NCBI GenBank assembly: GCA_030141605.1
Contig: JAQGDQ010002408.1
Coordinates: forward strand, 10,752 to 74,751
Direction of reading: 5' to 3'
Source: Tubiluchus corallicola
Lineage: Eukaryota; Animalia; Priapulida
Length of the DNA stretch: 64,000 nucleotides
Within the stretch, counting starts at the first letter, position 1, and each line of letters begins with the position of its first letter. This document shows positions 1-10,303 of this stretch, piece after piece. The notes beneath the pieces are model-generated. The model saw nothing but the letters and a program-made list of their open reading frames with translations, had not been told where the DNA came from and made no database searches. The translations under genes were made by a program, and so were the position numbers.

Positions 1-1
1 A

Positions 2-235
2 ATAGCTCTTAATACTTCTCAAGAAATAGCTGAAGGGTATATAGGTGTAACTACTCAGCAGGATAAAATTATAGGGAAAAAAGGTGTAGCACATACTGTG
101 TTGCGTCCCTCAGGGAAGGTGGAAATAGAAAAAGAGATGTATGATGCTGTATCTGAATATGGATTCATAAACCAAGGAGAAAAAGTAAAAGTTGTGCGTT
201 ATGAAACAGGGCAGATATATGTGGTGAAAGTTTAG
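2..235 (+). CDS. NfeD-family membrane protein, C-terminal OB-fold (5' partial)
   Basis: Manual translation of frame 2: ...IIGKKGVAHTVLRPSGKVEIEKEMYDAVSEYGFINQGEKVKVVRYETGQIYVVKV*; the G..G.A.T.LRPSG.V pattern is typical of NfeD C-termini. Confidence 0.85.
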   Translation: MALNTSQEIAEGYIGVTTQQDKIIGKKGVAHTVLRPSGKVEIEKEMYDAVSEYGFINQGEKVKVVRYETGQIYVVKV

Positions 236-251
236 GTTTTATTTTTCTACA

Positions 252-2711
252 TTATTTTTTCAAGTCTTTGGGGCGTTCTACTTTTACTTTTAATAAAGCA
301 ATATTCAGCACTTCTATTACTTCTTTTACATAATGGAATTTTAGCCCTTTCAAATAGATGCTTTTTATTTCTTTAATGTCCTTTTCATTTTCTTTTGACA
401 AAATAATTTCCTTGATGCCTGCTCTTTTAGCAGCTAATATTTTTTCCTTAATACCTCCTACGGGTAATACCTTACCTCTTAGTGTTATTTCGCCTGTCAT
501 TGCTACATTTTTCTTTACCTTGCGTTGTGTATAAATAGAGGCTAGAGAAGTGGCCATAGTAATGCCTGCTGAAGGGCCATCTTTAGGAATTGCTCCTTCT
601 GGCACATGTATATGTAAGTTCCATCTGTTAAATATTTTCTCGTCAATATTTAGCTGTTTCGCATTTGATTTTATATATTCCAAAGCTATTATTGCTGATT
701 CTTTCATCACATCCCCCAGGTTGCCAGTTAAGGTTAATTTTCCTTCTCCTTTACTTAAACTGCTTTCAATAAAAAGTATTTCGCCTCCTACTGCTGTCCA
801 AGCTAAACCTGTTACTAATCCTGCGAACTCATTTCCTTCGTATGTTTCTCCACTATATTTCACTGCCCCGAGGTATTCTTGCAAATGTTCTGTCTTTACG
901 TTTTTATCATACTCTTCTTCCAAGGCAATTTTTTTTGCTATTTTTCTTACTACTTTTGCAATTCGTTTGTCTAGCTCTCTTACACCTGATTCTCTTGTGT
1001 AGTTTTTTATAATGTCTTCTATGGTAAGTTTTGGGATGTTTAGTTGTTGTTTTGTCAGTCCATGTTTTTTTAGTTGATCAGGTACAAGATGGCGTTTGGC
1101 TATCTCTTTTTTTTCTTCTATGATGTAGCCACTTATATTGATAAGTTCCATTCTGTCCAATAGTGGAGTAGGAATAGTTTCAAGTATATTAGCCGTAGCA
1201 ATAAACATTACTTTGGAGAGGTCATAGTCTATCTCCAAATAATTATCGTGAAAGGTGGAGTTTTGTTCTGGGTCTAACACTTCTAATAATGCAGATGAAG
1301 GGTCTCCGTGTGAACCCACACCTGTTTTATCTATCTCATCAAGGATGAATACAGGGTTAGATGATTTTGATTTCTTGATACCTTGTATAATACGTCCGGG
1401 CATTGCTCCTATGTAGGTTTTGCGATGCCCTCTTATTTCTGCCTCATCGTGCAAGCCACCTAAGGACATTCTTACATATTTTCTATTCAAAGCGTGAGCA
1501 ACTGACTTTCCGAGTGATGTTTTACCTACCCCGGGAGGACCATATAAGCAAAGTATTGGGGATTTGAGGTCTCCTTTCAATTTCAATACAGCCAAGTGTT
1601 CTACAATGCGTTCCTTTACCTTTTCTAAACCATAATGTTCTTTATCCAGAATCTTCTCTGCTTTCTTCAAGTTAAAATTGTCTTTGGTGTATTTATTCCA
1701 AGGTAGTTCCAATAAGGTATCCATATAGTTGAGTTGTATGGAATACTCTCCTGATGCTACATTAAGACGTTGTATTTTTGTCAATTCATTATCAAAAAAT
1801 TTAGCTACTTCTTCGCTCCAGTTTTTCTTCGCTGCTCTTTTTTTTAGCTCTCTTATTTCTTGGTCGACAGGATTGGGGCCTAGTTCATCCTGTATTGTTT
1901 TCATTTGTTGTTGTAAGAAGTATTCTCTCTGCTGCTGCTCTATTCCCGTCTTTACCTTTGTTTGTATGTCATCTTTCAGTTCAACCAATTGTAACTCTTT
2001 AGAAAGATGTGTTATCAATTTAACAGCTTGTTTTTTAAGGTTCGGCTCTTCTATCAACTGTTGTTTTTTGGCTACTTTTATATCTATATTTGCGCAAATA
2101 AAATTGATAAGATAAATAGGGTCCTCTATGTTTCTAATAGTAAACTCTGCCTCCACAGGGATTTGCGAAGAGTGTTTAATTATCTTAGAAGATATGTCTC
2201 TAATAGATGCAATAATGGCCTGAAATTTTTTATCTGTCTTACTTTCGTATTTCTTATTATTTTCTTTCCATAAGTCTACTTTTGCTATAAGATTAGGGGT
2301 TTCTTCTACAGTTTCTAAGATGGAAAATCGGCTTCTGCCTTGTAGTAATACAGACACACTACCGTCGGGCATTTCCAGTATCTTTAAAGGTTTTGCAATG
2401 GTTCCTACTTCGTATAAATCTTTAAACAATGGGTTTTCTATATTTTTGTCTTTCTGTGCCACAGCACCTACAAAACCTTTATTTTCATATATCTTTCTTA
2501 CAATATCTAAAGATTTTTTTCTACCTATGTTAATAGGTAGTATTACTCCAGGGAAAAGAACTACATTTCTCAATGGAAGTATTGGGAGTTTATTTGGCAA
2601 GTCTTTCTTCTTGTTCACGTCACTGGTGTCTTCTTCTATCATTATAGGTAAGAAACTTTCATCACCTCCCATTAATTCATTAAACAACAATTCATCTATA
2701 CTTTTACTCAT
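252..2711 (-). CDS. lon: ATP-dependent Lon protease
   Basis: LON N-domain ([14 protein letters not shown]), Walker [20 protein letters not shown], catalytic PKDGPSAG. Confidence 0.98.
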   Translation of the reverse strand: MSKSIDELLFNELMGGDESFLPIMIEEDTSDVNKKKDLPNKLPILPLRNVVLFPGVILPINIGRKKSLDIVRKIYENKGFVGAVAQKDKNIENPLFKDLYEVGTIAKPLKILEMPDGSVSVLLQGRSRFSILETVEETPNLIAKVDLWKENNKKYESKTDKKFQAIIASIRDISSKIIKHSSQIPVEAEFTIRNIEDPIYLINFICANIDIKVAKKQQLIEEPNLKKQAVKLITHLSKELQLVELKDDIQTKVKTGIEQQQREYFLQQQMKTIQDELGPNPVDQEIRELKKRAAKKNWSEEVAKFFDNELTKIQRLNVASGEYSIQLNYMDTLLELPWNKYTKDNFNLKKAEKILDKEHYGLEKVKERIVEHLAVLKLKGDLKSPILCLYGPPGVGKTSLGKSVAHALNRKYVRMSLGGLHDEAEIRGHRKTYIGAMPGRIIQGIKKSKSSNPVFILDEIDKTGVGSHGDPSSALLEVLDPEQNSTFHDNYLEIDYDLSKVMFIATANILETIPTPLLDRMELINISGYIIEEKKEIAKRHLVPDQLKKHGLTKQQLNIPKLTIEDIIKNYTRESGVRELDKRIAKVVRKIAKKIALEEEYDKNVKTEHLQEYLGAVKYSGETYEGNEFAGLVTGLAWTAVGGEILFIESSLSKGEGKLTLTGNLGDVMKESAIIALEYIKSNAKQLNIDEKIFNRWNLHIHVPEGAIPKDGPSAGITMATSLASIYTQRKVKKNVAMTGEITLRGKVLPVGGIKEKILAAKRAGIKEIILSKENEKDIKEIKSIYLKGLKFHYVKEVIEVLNIALLKVKVERPKDLKK

Positions 2712-2805
2712 TCTGTCTGTCTTTGTTTAATTCTAATCCTATGTTTATTTAAACTAAATTTTATATTTTAATATTGTTTTTTTAGGTGGTTTTTTCGTAT
2801 TCTAT

Positions 2806-3993
2806 TTATATTAAACCTTCTCTATACAGTTCTGTTTTTTTATATATCTTTTGTAATATGGTTTTATCCAATTGATGAAGTTCCATTCCTCGTCTTTTCA
2901 TTACTTTTTTTGCAGTTATTATAGCTTTGTCCAATCTATATTCTGTAAGTTGTTGGTTGCCTCCCCACGAAAAAGAAGGTATAAAATTACGGGCAAAACC
3001 CGTGCCAAAAATATTGGCTGATACACCTATAACTGTTCCCGTGTTAAACATAGTTTCTATAGCACTTTTAGAATGGTCGCCCATTATCATTCCGCATATT
3101 TGTAAGTTTGTATCTACAACCTCGTCCTTTTCGTAGTCCCATAGTTTAATATTGGCGTAGTCATTTTTTAAATTAGACGAGTTTGTGCCTGCGCCAAGGT
3201 TGCACCACTCACCCAGTACCGAATTGCCTAAGTACCCATTGTGTGCTTTGTTTGTGTAAGCTTGCATAGACACATTGCTTATTTCTCCTCCTATTTTACA
3301 GTGTGGGCCTATTGTTGTTGGTCCATATATTTTAGTGCCCATTTTTACGATGGTATTGTGGCATAATGCTAGTGGACCACGAAGCATTGTTCCCTCCATT
3401 ACTTCTACATTTTCTCCTATGTATATCGGCCCTTTTGTGGTATTCAATATAGCACACTCTATCTTTGCATTGTTCTTTACAAATAAATTGTTCCCTATAA
3501 TTGTGTTTGTAGTGCTTAGCTTAAAAGACTCTCTTCCCTTAGTAAGTAAATTATAGTCTTCTACAATGTTCTTATCATTTTCTGCAAATATATCCCACGT
3601 ATTTTTCAGTCCCCTCACCTCAAACTCCACAGCCAATTGTTCGTATCTGTCCATCTTGTGAGCTTCAAATTTTGTCACTTCATCTCTCCATAATCTTACA
3701 GCTACGATACTTCCTTCGTATACAAGAGCTTGATTGTGATGCAAATTTATTATCCGTTCTACAAGTTGTGGTGTGGGGTATATACTGCCGTTCACAAGCA
3801 AATTATCATCTTCTTTGTGTAAGGCAAACTTCTCTTGTAAGTAATTTTGGGTATGGTAAGAAAACTTTGTATTTATATATCTTTCCCACTTTTCTTTGAT
3901 GGTAAGTATTCCTGTCCTTAGCTCGCAAACAGGTCTTGTAAAAGTAAGCGGGAGCAAACTTTTCCAGTTGTCATCAAATAATATATAATTCAT
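2806..3993 (-). CDS. GlmU-like putative sugar nucleotidyltransferase with hexapeptide-repeat C-terminus
   Basis: LLPLTFTRPVCELRTGILTI N-terminus; NKAHNGYLGNSVLGEWCNLGAGTNSSNLKN; common Bacteroidota neighbour of rpmE. Confidence 0.85.
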   Translation of the reverse strand: MNYILFDDNWKSLLPLTFTRPVCELRTGILTIKEKWERYINTKFSYHTQNYLQEKFALHKEDDNLLVNGSIYPTPQLVERIINLHHNQALVYEGSIVAVRLWRDEVTKFEAHKMDRYEQLAVEFEVRGLKNTWDIFAENDKNIVEDYNLLTKGRESFKLSTTNTIIGNNLFVKNNAKIECAILNTTKGPIYIGENVEVMEGTMLRGPLALCHNTIVKMGTKIYGPTTIGPHCKIGGEISNVSMQAYTNKAHNGYLGNSVLGEWCNLGAGTNSSNLKNDYANIKLWDYEKDEVVDTNLQICGMIMGDHSKSAIETMFNTGTVIGVSANIFGTGFARNFIPSFSWGGNQQLTEYRLDKAIITAKKVMKRRGMELHQLDKTILQKIYKKTELYREGLI

Positions 3994-4165
3994 TTTTTAT
4001 GTTTGTTTGTTTTTTTTTCATTGATTTTTTTATTGATAAATGGTATTAGAAACAATATTTAACATTGCAGTCATTCTCAGCTTTGCAATGACAACTGAAT
4101 GTAGGGTGTAATGGACTTCTTGTAAATACCATTATCATATTTAAGGTTCTAATTTTGAAAGGTAA

Positions 4166-4197
4166 AAATAAAAAAACTCCATACTATGATGGAGTTT
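4166..4197 (-). terminator. Rho-independent terminator of rpmE2
   Basis: Inverted repeat aaactccat-actatg-atggagttt followed on the minus strand by a T run. Confidence 0.75.
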
Positions 4198-4223
4198 ACA
4201 AATATAGTGCAAAATAAAAGTTT

Positions 4224-4487
4224 TTATTTCTTCTTATTTTGCAAATGCTTTTCATATCTAGATTTGAATTTATCTACTCTTCCTGCTGTATCTACCAGTT
4301 TTGTTTTTCCGGTGTAGAATGGATGTGAAGTATTTGATATTTCTACTTTTACCAAAGGATATTCTTCATCGTCAAGTTTTATAGTCTCTTTACTTGGCAC
4401 TGCCGATTTTATCTTAAAAGTCTGCCCGTTAGACATATCTTTAAAAACTGTCATTCTATAACCCTTTGGGTGTATATCTTTTTTCAT
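4224..4487 (-). CDS. rpmE2: 50S ribosomal protein L31 type B (zinc-free)
   Basis: [11 protein letters not shown]...[25 protein letters not shown], no CxxC motifs. Confidence 0.97.
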   Translation of the reverse strand: MKKDIHPKGYRMTVFKDMSNGQTFKIKSAVPSKETIKLDDEEYPLVKVEISNTSHPFYTGKTKLVDTAGRVDKFKSRYEKHLQNKKK

Positions 4488-4537
4488 CTTTTGTTGTATC
4501 TTAAAAATTAAAAGATTGTTTCAGCCTAAAATTGCCA

Positions 4538-4569
4538 CAAAGGTAATAGTTTTTATTTTAGGAAGCAAA
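4538..4569 (-). promoter_or_regulatory. Bacteroidota primary-sigma promoter for rpmE2
   Basis: Minus strand TTTG (4569-4566), 20 nt, TACCTTTG (4545-4538), matching TTTG-N19-21-TAnnTTTG. Confidence 0.7.
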
Positions 4570-4603
4570 ATTTCTTGTAATTATTTCTTTGTTGTTGTTT
4601 GCT

Positions 4604-4963
4604 TTATTTTGCTAAACTTATACTTTTTACATCTACTTCGGGAGACTGAAAAAGTTCAGAATCTACTTCTGCAATTACAACAACTTCTGTTTTTTCATCA
4701 AAGGTTATATTCCAAATCAATTCGTTATCTATTTCTGCAATGATTTCTCCCGTATTATCTTGAAATACGTATTTTTCATCTCCTAATTTTTTTGTTACAT
4801 AACCTCTAAGTTTAACAAGTTTGTCTTTCATATCCAACATAGATGCTTTGCTTTTTACTTCTTCTACAGAAAGAACTTCGCTTTGAATAGAAGGTCCTTT
4901 GTATTGAGCACTACCAGCAACAACAGCCCCCATCAGAAGAGTTATAAATACAAGTGTTTTCAT
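4604..4963 (-). CDS. YgiW/YdeI-family (BOF) OB-fold periplasmic protein
   Basis: Signal peptide; V.LRGYVTKKLGDEKYVFQDNTGEIIAEID motif. Confidence 0.85.
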   Translation of the reverse strand: MKTLVFITLLMGAVVAGSAQYKGPSIQSEVLSVEEVKSKASMLDMKDKLVKLRGYVTKKLGDEKYVFQDNTGEIIAEIDNELIWNITFDEKTEVVVIAEVDSELFQSPEVDVKSISLAK

Positions 4964-5067
4964 AGCTGTATAGTTTTAAAAAATTAAAAAAAACATTTCT
5001 TAAATATACAAAAATGAATGCCATATTCCTAATAAAAACAGGAAATTATTTTTCTTTATTATAAACA

Positions 5068-6981
5068 CTAAATTACTTTCAGTTTTAATATTTTTCGCAC
5101 TGCTTTACATATTGACTTTTTGTCATATCCACATTCTTTATATAGTTCTTTTTGCGTGCCATGTTCTATAAATTTATCAGGCACACCAAGACGTTTTATT
5201 TGTGCAGTATAAGCACTATCACTCATAAATTCCAGTACTGCACTACCCAGTCCGCCTGTAATACAGCCATCTTCTACAGTAATGATATGGTTAAACTTCT
5301 TAAATATCTTATGTAGTAACTTTTCATCTATTGGTTTCAAAAATCTCATGTCATAGTGAGCTGTTGAAATATTTTCCTGCTGTAGGATTTTTATTGCTTT
5401 TTGAACTATATTGCCTATGTGTCCTATACTGATAATAGCCAAATCCTTTCCCTTGGAGATAATTCTCCCTTTTCCCAGTGGTAGAGCTTTCATCTTTTGT
5501 TTCCAATTTATTGTAGTTCCTTTGCCTCTTGGATAACGAATGCTAAAAGGGCCCATATCTTTTTGTTGGGCTGTGTACATTAAGTTTCGCAACTCTATTT
5601 CATCCATTGGAGCAGTTACTATCATATTTGGAATTATGCGCATATATGCAAGGTCGAATATTCCGTGATGTGTAGCCCCGTCGTTGCCCACAAGCCCTCC
5701 TCTGTCTAAGCAAAATACTACATTAAGTTTTTGAATAGCTACATCGTGGATTACTTGGTCGTAGGCTCGTTGCATAAATGAGGAGTAAATGTTACAAAAT
5801 GGCAATTTTCCTTCTATAGATAAGCCTGCGGAGAAGGTTACTGCATGTTGTTCTGCAATGCCTACGTCGAATACCCTGTCAGGCATCTTTCGTTGCATTA
5901 TATTAAGCGAACCTCCTGTAAGCATTGCTGGTGTGATACCTACTATCTTCTCGTTTCGTTTTGCTAACTCAAGTATTGTTTCCCCAAAAACATTCTGATA
6001 TTTTGGTGCTTTATCCCGTTGGTCTGTCTCTTCTTGCACCTTCCACGTGTTTTTGTCAAATTTGGCAGGGGCGTGCCAATAAGTCTGATTTTTTTCTACT
6101 TCTTTTATTCCATTTCCTTTGCGTGTCAATATATGTAACACCTTAGGGCCTTCTATCTTTTTCAAGTCTTTAAATACCTTGACCAGTTGATTTACGTTGT
6201 GTCCATCTACGGGTCCGAAGTATCTAAAATCAAATGCTTCAAAAAGGTTACTTTGCTTTAACAAGATAGATTTTATTCCAAGGTTTATTTTCTTGATAAG
6301 CTCTTGTGTGTTTTCTCCAAACTTACGCAACCTGCCCAATGTGCCCCATACTTCCTGTCTCACCTTGTTGTAAGTGGTAGAGGTTACGGTATCTAATAAA
6401 AATCTATTTACCCCGCCTGTACTAGGGTCTATGCTCATATTATTATCATTGAGGACAACTAGCATATTAGGTCTATCGTTTGCTCCATTGTTCAAGCCTT
6501 CAAAAGCTAAACCTCCTGTCATTGCTCCATCTCCAATAATAGCTACTGCTTGTTTTTCATTCTCATTTCTGCTTTTAAAAGCCATAGCCATACCTAATGC
6601 TGCGGAAATAGAAGTAGAAGAGTGACCTACTCCGAAAGAGTCATATTCGCTTTCTGATGGACGAGGAAAGCCGCTAATACCTCCGTATTTTCTGTTGGTA
6701 TGAAACAATTTTCTTCTGCCCGTAAGTATTTTATGCCCATATGCTTGGTGTCCTACATCCCACACTAGTTTGTCGTGTGGTGTATCGAACACGTAATGCA
6801 AAGCTACTGTAAGTTCTACTGCACCAAGACTTGCTCCTAAATGACCGGGGTTTTTAGATACTTCATCTATGATAAATTCGCGCAATTCTTTACACACTTG
6901 TGGAAGTTCTTTCTCTGACAGTTTTTTCAAGTCAGTAGGAGAATCTATATTGTCCAGCAAAGGGTATTTGTTGTTAGCCAT
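5068..6981 (-). CDS. dxs: 1-deoxy-D-xylulose-5-phosphate synthase
   Basis: GHLGASLGAVEL, WDVGHQAYGHK, TPP motif GDGAMTGG...LNDN, DVGIAEQHAV. Confidence 0.98.
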   Translation of the reverse strand: MANNKYPLLDNIDSPTDLKKLSEKELPQVCKELREFIIDEVSKNPGHLGASLGAVELTVALHYVFDTPHDKLVWDVGHQAYGHKILTGRRKLFHTNRKYGGISGFPRPSESEYDSFGVGHSSTSISAALGMAMAFKSRNENEKQAVAIIGDGAMTGGLAFEGLNNGANDRPNMLVVLNDNNMSIDPSTGGVNRFLLDTVTSTTYNKVRQEVWGTLGRLRKFGENTQELIKKINLGIKSILLKQSNLFEAFDFRYFGPVDGHNVNQLVKVFKDLKKIEGPKVLHILTRKGNGIKEVEKNQTYWHAPAKFDKNTWKVQEETDQRDKAPKYQNVFGETILELAKRNEKIVGITPAMLTGGSLNIMQRKMPDRVFDVGIAEQHAVTFSAGLSIEGKLPFCNIYSSFMQRAYDQVIHDVAIQKLNVVFCLDRGGLVGNDGATHHGIFDLAYMRIIPNMIVTAPMDEIELRNLMYTAQQKDMGPFSIRYPRGKGTTINWKQKMKALPLGKGRIISKGKDLAIISIGHIGNIVQKAIKILQQENISTAHYDMRFLKPIDEKLLHKIFKKFNHIITVEDGCITGGLGSAVLEFMSDSAYTAQIKRLGVPDKFIEHGTQKELYKECGYDKKSICKAVRKILKLKVI

Positions 6982-7008
6982 CTCTTTTTACCTTGTTCAG
7001 AAAGCATA

Positions 7009-7016
7009 CAAAGGTA
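7009..7016 (-). promoter_or_regulatory. -7 promoter element for dxs
   Basis: TACCTTTG on the minus strand 28 nt upstream of the ATG. Confidence 0.55.
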
Positions 7017-7114
7017 ATTATTTTTGTTGATGTAAAAATAATTATATTTAGCAAGAAGAGGGGATACAATTTTTGTATTATTGTTTGTGCAATTGTATAA
7101 TGTTGATATAATGT

Positions 7115-8689
7115 TTATTTGACTTTTTCTTTTCCATTGATTTCTATTTTCTTAAATAAATTGGTTATGCTTATTTTGTTTTTTATTTCTTTTAGTAAGT
7201 CTGATAGTTTTATTCTTTCTTGTTTCATTGTGTCTCTATCTCGTAGAGTTACAGACTCGTCTTTTAGTGTATCGTGGTCTATGGTGATGCAGTAAGGAGT
7301 GCCTATAGCATCTTGCCTTCTGTAGCGTTTCCCCACAGAGTCTTTTTCGTCATATTGGCAGTTGAACTCAAATTTTAGCAAGTTGTAAATTTTCTTTGCT
7401 TTTTCTGGCAATCCATCCTTTTTTACAAGTGGTAGCACAGCTACTTTCACGGGGGCTAGTTCGGGTGGTAATTTCATTACTATTCTGCTATCAGTCTTTT
7501 CGTTCTCTTTTTTCAGTATCTCTTCTGTATAAGCATCCGACAATAATAGCAATATAAGACGGTCTAAACCAATGGAGGTTTCCACTACGTAAGGTATGTA
7601 AGATTTATTAGTCTCGTTATCAAAATACTGTATTTTCTTGCCCGAATGTTTCTGGTGTTGAGAGAGGTCAAAATCAGTGCGAGAGTGTATGCCTTCTACT
7701 TCTTTGAAGCCAAATGGAAACTTGAACTCTATATCAGTAGCTGCGTTGGCGTAGTGTGCCAATTTGTCGTGGTTATGAAATCTGTATTTTTTGTTCTCTA
7801 TACCTATGGCTTTGTGCCACTTCATACGAGTTTCTTTCCAATAGTTGAACCATTTTATTTCTTCACCCGGGCGGACAAAAAACTGCATTTCCATCTGTTC
7901 AAATTCTCTCATCCGGAAGGTAAACTGCCGGGCTATAATTTCATTTCTAAAGGCTTTGCCTATTTGAGCGATGCCGAAAGGCAGTTTCATTCTGCCTGTT
8001 TTCTGCACATTAAGGAAGTTGGCAAAAATACCTTGTGCCGTTTCAGGGCGTAGATATATTTGATGATTGTCGTCGGCTACAGCACCCATATTGGTACTGA
8101 ACATTAGGTTGAACTGTCTGACATCTGTCCAATTTTTACTTCCTGAAACGGGGCAAACTACCTCATAATCTATAATAATTTGCTTCAGCATTTCAAGGTC
8201 ATTGTTGTCTAAGGCTTTTACAAAACGTTTTTGTATTGTATCTTTTTTTCTTTTGTTGGCGATTACTCTTGGGTTTGTTGATAAAAATTCTTCTTTGTTG
8301 AAGTCATTTCCAAAACGTTTTTGAGCTTTTTGTACTTCTTTATCTATTTTGCCTTCTATTTTTTGTATCAGTTCTTCTATGAGAACATCGGCACGGTAGC
8401 GTTTTTTAGAGTCTTTGTTATCTATTAATGGGTCGTTAAAAGCATCTATATGTCCTGAGGCCTTCCAAGTGGTAGGGTGCATAAAGATGGCGGAGTCTAA
8501 GCCCACAATGTTTTCGTGCAGTTTTACCATAGCATCCCACCAGTATTGTTTTAGGTTGTTTTTCAATTCTACACCCAGTTGTCCGTAGTCGTACACTGCA
8601 CTCAAACCATCGTATATCTCGCTAGATTGAAATATGAAGCCATATTCTTTACAATGTGACACTAATTTTTTAAAGATGTCTTCGCTCAT
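7115..8689 (-). CDS. glyQS: Glycine--tRNA ligase (alpha2 type)
   Basis: YDYGQLGVELKNN, LRPETAQGIF, FRNEI, FRMREFEQMEMQFF, anticodon domain GKRYRRQDAIGTP. Confidence 0.97.
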   Translation of the reverse strand: MSEDIFKKLVSHCKEYGFIFQSSEIYDGLSAVYDYGQLGVELKNNLKQYWWDAMVKLHENIVGLDSAIFMHPTTWKASGHIDAFNDPLIDNKDSKKRYRADVLIEELIQKIEGKIDKEVQKAQKRFGNDFNKEEFLSTNPRVIANKRKKDTIQKRFVKALDNNDLEMLKQIIIDYEVVCPVSGSKNWTDVRQFNLMFSTNMGAVADDNHQIYLRPETAQGIFANFLNVQKTGRMKLPFGIAQIGKAFRNEIIARQFTFRMREFEQMEMQFFVRPGEEIKWFNYWKETRMKWHKAIGIENKKYRFHNHDKLAHYANAATDIEFKFPFGFKEVEGIHSRTDFDLSQHQKHSGKKIQYFDNETNKSYIPYVVETSIGLDRLILLLLSDAYTEEILKKENEKTDSRIVMKLPPELAPVKVAVLPLVKKDGLPEKAKKIYNLLKFEFNCQYDEKDSVGKRYRRQDAIGTPYCITIDHDTLKDESVTLRDRDTMKQERIKLSDLLKEIKNKISITNLFKKIEINGKEKVK

Positions 8690-8701
8690 TTTACTATTAT
8701 C

Positions 8702-8953
8702 TTATTTTATTTCTTCAAAGTCAGTATATTCTCCTTCATTGGGTTTTGTTTTTTTGTTCTTTTTGGGCATATAGTTTATTTTTATTTCTCCTTCTTTCTT
8801 TTGAGTACGAGTGTAGGAGTTGCGTTGATTGTTGAATTGACCAAAATTTTTATTAATGTATTTACGCAATAAATAAGGAAGTAGTTGTCTGAAAAAAAGC
8901 CTTGTTAAATAGTAGATGGTTGCAACGATTAATATTATTTTGAGTAAACCCAT
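8702..8953 (-). CDS. DUF4834-like small membrane protein (probable start MGLLKII at 8953)
   Basis: N-terminal TM helix, C-terminal EGEYTDFEEIK motif; TATTTTTG promoter element at 8977-8984 supports the shorter start. Confidence 0.75.
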   Translation of the reverse strand: MGLLKIILIVATIYYLTRLFFRQLLPYLLRKYINKNFGQFNNQRNSYTRTQKKEGEIKINYMPKKNKKTKPNEGEYTDFEEIK

Positions 8954-9401
8954 TTTGACGAAGTTATTCTTTTTTGCAAAAATATATAAATTTGAGCAAT
9001 TATAAATCCTGAGGGTTGAAAGAAAAAAACTCATTATAGTTCGGTTTTCTTTTTTCCCTTTCTACTTACAAAGGAGAACATACATATTGTTGTTCTTCTT
9101 TCATAATTTGTAGTATTTTTTGTTCTACGAAGTTTTGTATTTAATTTGAGGTATGGCTTGGATAGAGCATAAGAATATGTTGAAAAACATATATGAAAGG
9201 TGAAAATATTATAGGGAAATTAAGATAATGGATTGTTATTTGCCGTTAGAGTTATGTTTTTTTAGGATTACATAAGGGTTTTATCGTTTACTACAATAGA
9301 AGCTAATCATCGTTGCTTTTTTGTAGAAATCAATTGTATGATGGTTTGTGCTACTATGTCAAGTTACAAGATGCTAATTGTTTCAAGTAAGTTGTTTTCT
9401 C

Positions 9402-10253
9402 TTAATGCAAGGCTTTTCTTTTTACCATTCCACCTGTGGTGTCGTCTATTTTTGTTTGCACTATGAAAGCGTTGGCATCTATTTTGGTAATAGCTGTTTT
9501 TAAAGAGGTTATTTCAAGGCGAGTAATTACGGTGTATATTACATCTATATTTTTGCCATTGGCGGTAAAACCTCGTTTTCCATTAAATATTGTTACTCCG
9601 AACCTTTTTTCTGTGAGCATTTTTCTTATTTCTTCGCTTTTTTCTGATATGATAGTCATTCCTGTGTACTCTTCAATACCGTGAACAATAAAGTCTATCG
9701 TTTTGGAAGCAGCTAGATAGGTAATGATAGCGTAAAGTGCAACTTCTACGTTGATAAGAAAGATAGCTACGGAGAAGATAATGATATTGATAATGAGAAT
9801 AACGTCGCCTACCGTAAGGCTTGTTCTTCTACTTATATACACGGCTAATACTTCTGTACCATCTATCACGCTGTCTCCTCTGATAGAAAGACCAATACCA
9901 GCTCCAAGAAAAAAGCCTCCGAAGATAGAAATAAGCAATTTGTCGTCAGTAACAATAGGAAAATCTATATATTTTACAGAAAGTGATAATGCTACAATAG
10001 CTAAGAAAGTTCTAATGGCAAAGTTGAGAGACAGTTGTTTATACCCCATTAATATAAATGGAGCGTTGTATAAGAAGATGAGCAAAGGCAGGCCAACACC
10101 AGTGACTACATTGGTAAGAAGCGAAATGCCCATAACACCACCATCAATGAAGCCGTTAGGAATAAGAAAGCCTTTCAATCCAAATGAGGCAGATAATACG
10201 CCAAAAGCTATTAAAATTATTTCTTTTATAATGCTCGTTTTCTGTTGTTGCAC
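9402..10253 (-). CDS. YitT-family membrane protein
   Basis: GFLIPNGFIDGGVMGISLL; IDGTEVLA; C-terminal DUF2179-like domain. Confidence 0.9.
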   Translation of the reverse strand: MQQQKTSIIKEIILIAFGVLSASFGLKGFLIPNGFIDGGVMGISLLTNVVTGVGLPLLIFLYNAPFILMGYKQLSLNFAIRTFLAIVALSLSVKYIDFPIVTDDKLLISIFGGFFLGAGIGLSIRGDSVIDGTEVLAVYISRRTSLTVGDVILIINIIIFSVAIFLINVEVALYAIITYLAASKTIDFIVHGIEEYTGMTIISEKSEEIRKMLTEKRFGVTIFNGKRGFTANGKNIDVIYTVITRLEITSLKTAITKIDANAFIVQTKIDDTTGGMVKRKALH

Positions 10254-10303
10254 TGTTTGTCTTGTAAAGTAAGTTGCCTAAATTTTTCTTAGCAAGGGAA
10301 ACT

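Noticed and set aside
9035-9401. About 370-nt AT-rich intergenic stretch as a possible ncRNA or gene remnant
   Set aside because: No ORF, convincing hairpin or repeat visible
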